Below are positions 63,101 to 64,000 of a stretch of DNA of 64,000 nt, one piece after another; the first letter of the stretch is position 1; each line of letters starts with the position of its first letter. A program made the position numbers and the translations under genes. The notes under the pieces were generated by a model. It made no database searches and was not told where the DNA came from. It worked only from the letters and a program-made list of their open reading frames with translations. The DNA lies in NCBI GenBank assembly GCA_030141605.1, contig JAQGDQ010000023.1, positions 868,001 through 932,000 of the forward strand, read 5' to 3'. Source of the DNA: Tubiluchus corallicola (taxonomy: Eukaryota > Animalia > Priapulida).

Positions 63101-63960
63101 TAGACACATATTGCCTAAATCAGTACTTGTATTATTATATAATTCTCTTTTTTACCATACCTTAATAATTCAAACATTGCTTGGTGAAGCACATACACCA
63201 GTAGATCGAAAGATTCAGAAGAAAATAGTGCGAGCTTTAACATTTGCCGGTTATCCGGACCACACACCACCAATATTTAAAAGTCTAAACTTTCTAAAAC
63301 ATTTATGACATTAATAAGTTCCAAACCGCCATTTTCATGTACAAATTCTCTCATAAATTATTGCCACCCTTATTTACAGATTTTTTGTTTTTGAATGCTG
63401 AAATACATAATTACAATACACGATATAGACTTAACTATCACTACATACAATGCAACACAAATATTAGGAAATTTTCTATTAAATACAATGGCCCTTCTAT
63501 ATGGAATTCAATTGCTCCAGCTATAAAAAATCCCAACTCGCTGTCCATATTCAAAAAAGTATATAAATTACCCTTACTTGAAATATATAACTTATCACTC
63601 AATCATGATTTGTTGTTGTTTTTCATTTTCAAATACTTTCCCTCTAGGATAATAATATAGTTATTAGTTCCCACCCGTATATATATCTGCAATGCGCACC
63701 TACATATAGTCTAAACAAGTGTTGCCTCCTCCACAAATGCTTAGCGAATCTGTTAAAGCATTTATCATTTCTCTGTACTGACCATCAGTTTACATCGTAA
63801 TTATGAAAATTTAATACTACTAACCCCCACTGTAACTCACACTAACCATTAGTAATATATTGTAATTTTTCTTGTAACTAATTCTAGTGGCCTAGCATAA
63901 GCTAGCTTCTTAGGTCTCTAGCGCAGAATTCATGAATTGTATCATAATTTTGTATTAACA
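60140..63960 (+). mobile_element. decayed CR1/L2-group LINE with PHD finger, APE endonuclease and RT, in MVP intron 13
   Basis: C4HC3 finger CSIC..CSICEIWQHLIC..WYCTKC from 60153; FTE, GVLYRPP, CGDFN, SDHFPI; NYRPI.ILP, FIDLS.TFDT, PQGSILGPLLF, FADDT; GPSIWNSI; many stops; 3' boundary approximate. Confidence 0.9.
61896..62198 (-). mobile_element. short non-autonomous RTE-derived retroposon inserted in the LINE
   Basis: 8-bp TSD cacacatt at 61888-61895 and 62199-62206; excision restores DDIAHIILKKSIHCIAEPL; structured GC-rich 5' end, EDRDTWRDVI coding remnant and (gat)-like tail. Confidence 0.8.
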
Positions 63961-64000
63961 AAAACTGATTATCGATGCACTTGTAATGCATATGTATATG

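Noticed and set aside
34000-64000. Vault RNA, TEP1 or PARP4 gene near MVP
   Set aside because: No convincing Pol III A-box/B-box/terminator unit or matching exons seen; vtRNAs are poorly conserved, so an Infernal search is needed to exclude one.

Overview
AT-rich, intron-rich genomic DNA from an invertebrate animal; most ORFs in the supplied track are not genes. Exon structures were read by hand from splice sites and reading-frame phase. The window holds four genes: (1) the last two coding exons of an UNC93-like MFS membrane protein (+); (2) an uncharacterised, probably cell-surface protein with two six-cysteine neuritin/DUF19-like modules (+, 10044-11887, first exon unresolved); (3) a complete 10-exon GPN-loop GTPase GPN1 (-, 26528-12265, 385 aa) that needs a GC-AG intron; (4) the first 13 coding exons (595 codons) of major vault protein MVP (+, from 41470, continuing past the window). 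Introns and intergenic DNA carry decayed CR1/L2 LINEs, one with a PHD finger, plus piggyBac-, Kolobok-, Tigger- and hAT-type non-autonomous elements, a 36-bp minisatellite and microsatellites. The strongest candidate novelty is an old, frame-preserving duplicated exon in MVP (53362-53580). It keeps amino acids while its silent sites have diverged, and it spans an exon junction without the intron, which points to an undescribed vault-protein isoform. No database searches were run; family assignments rest on remembered motifs.
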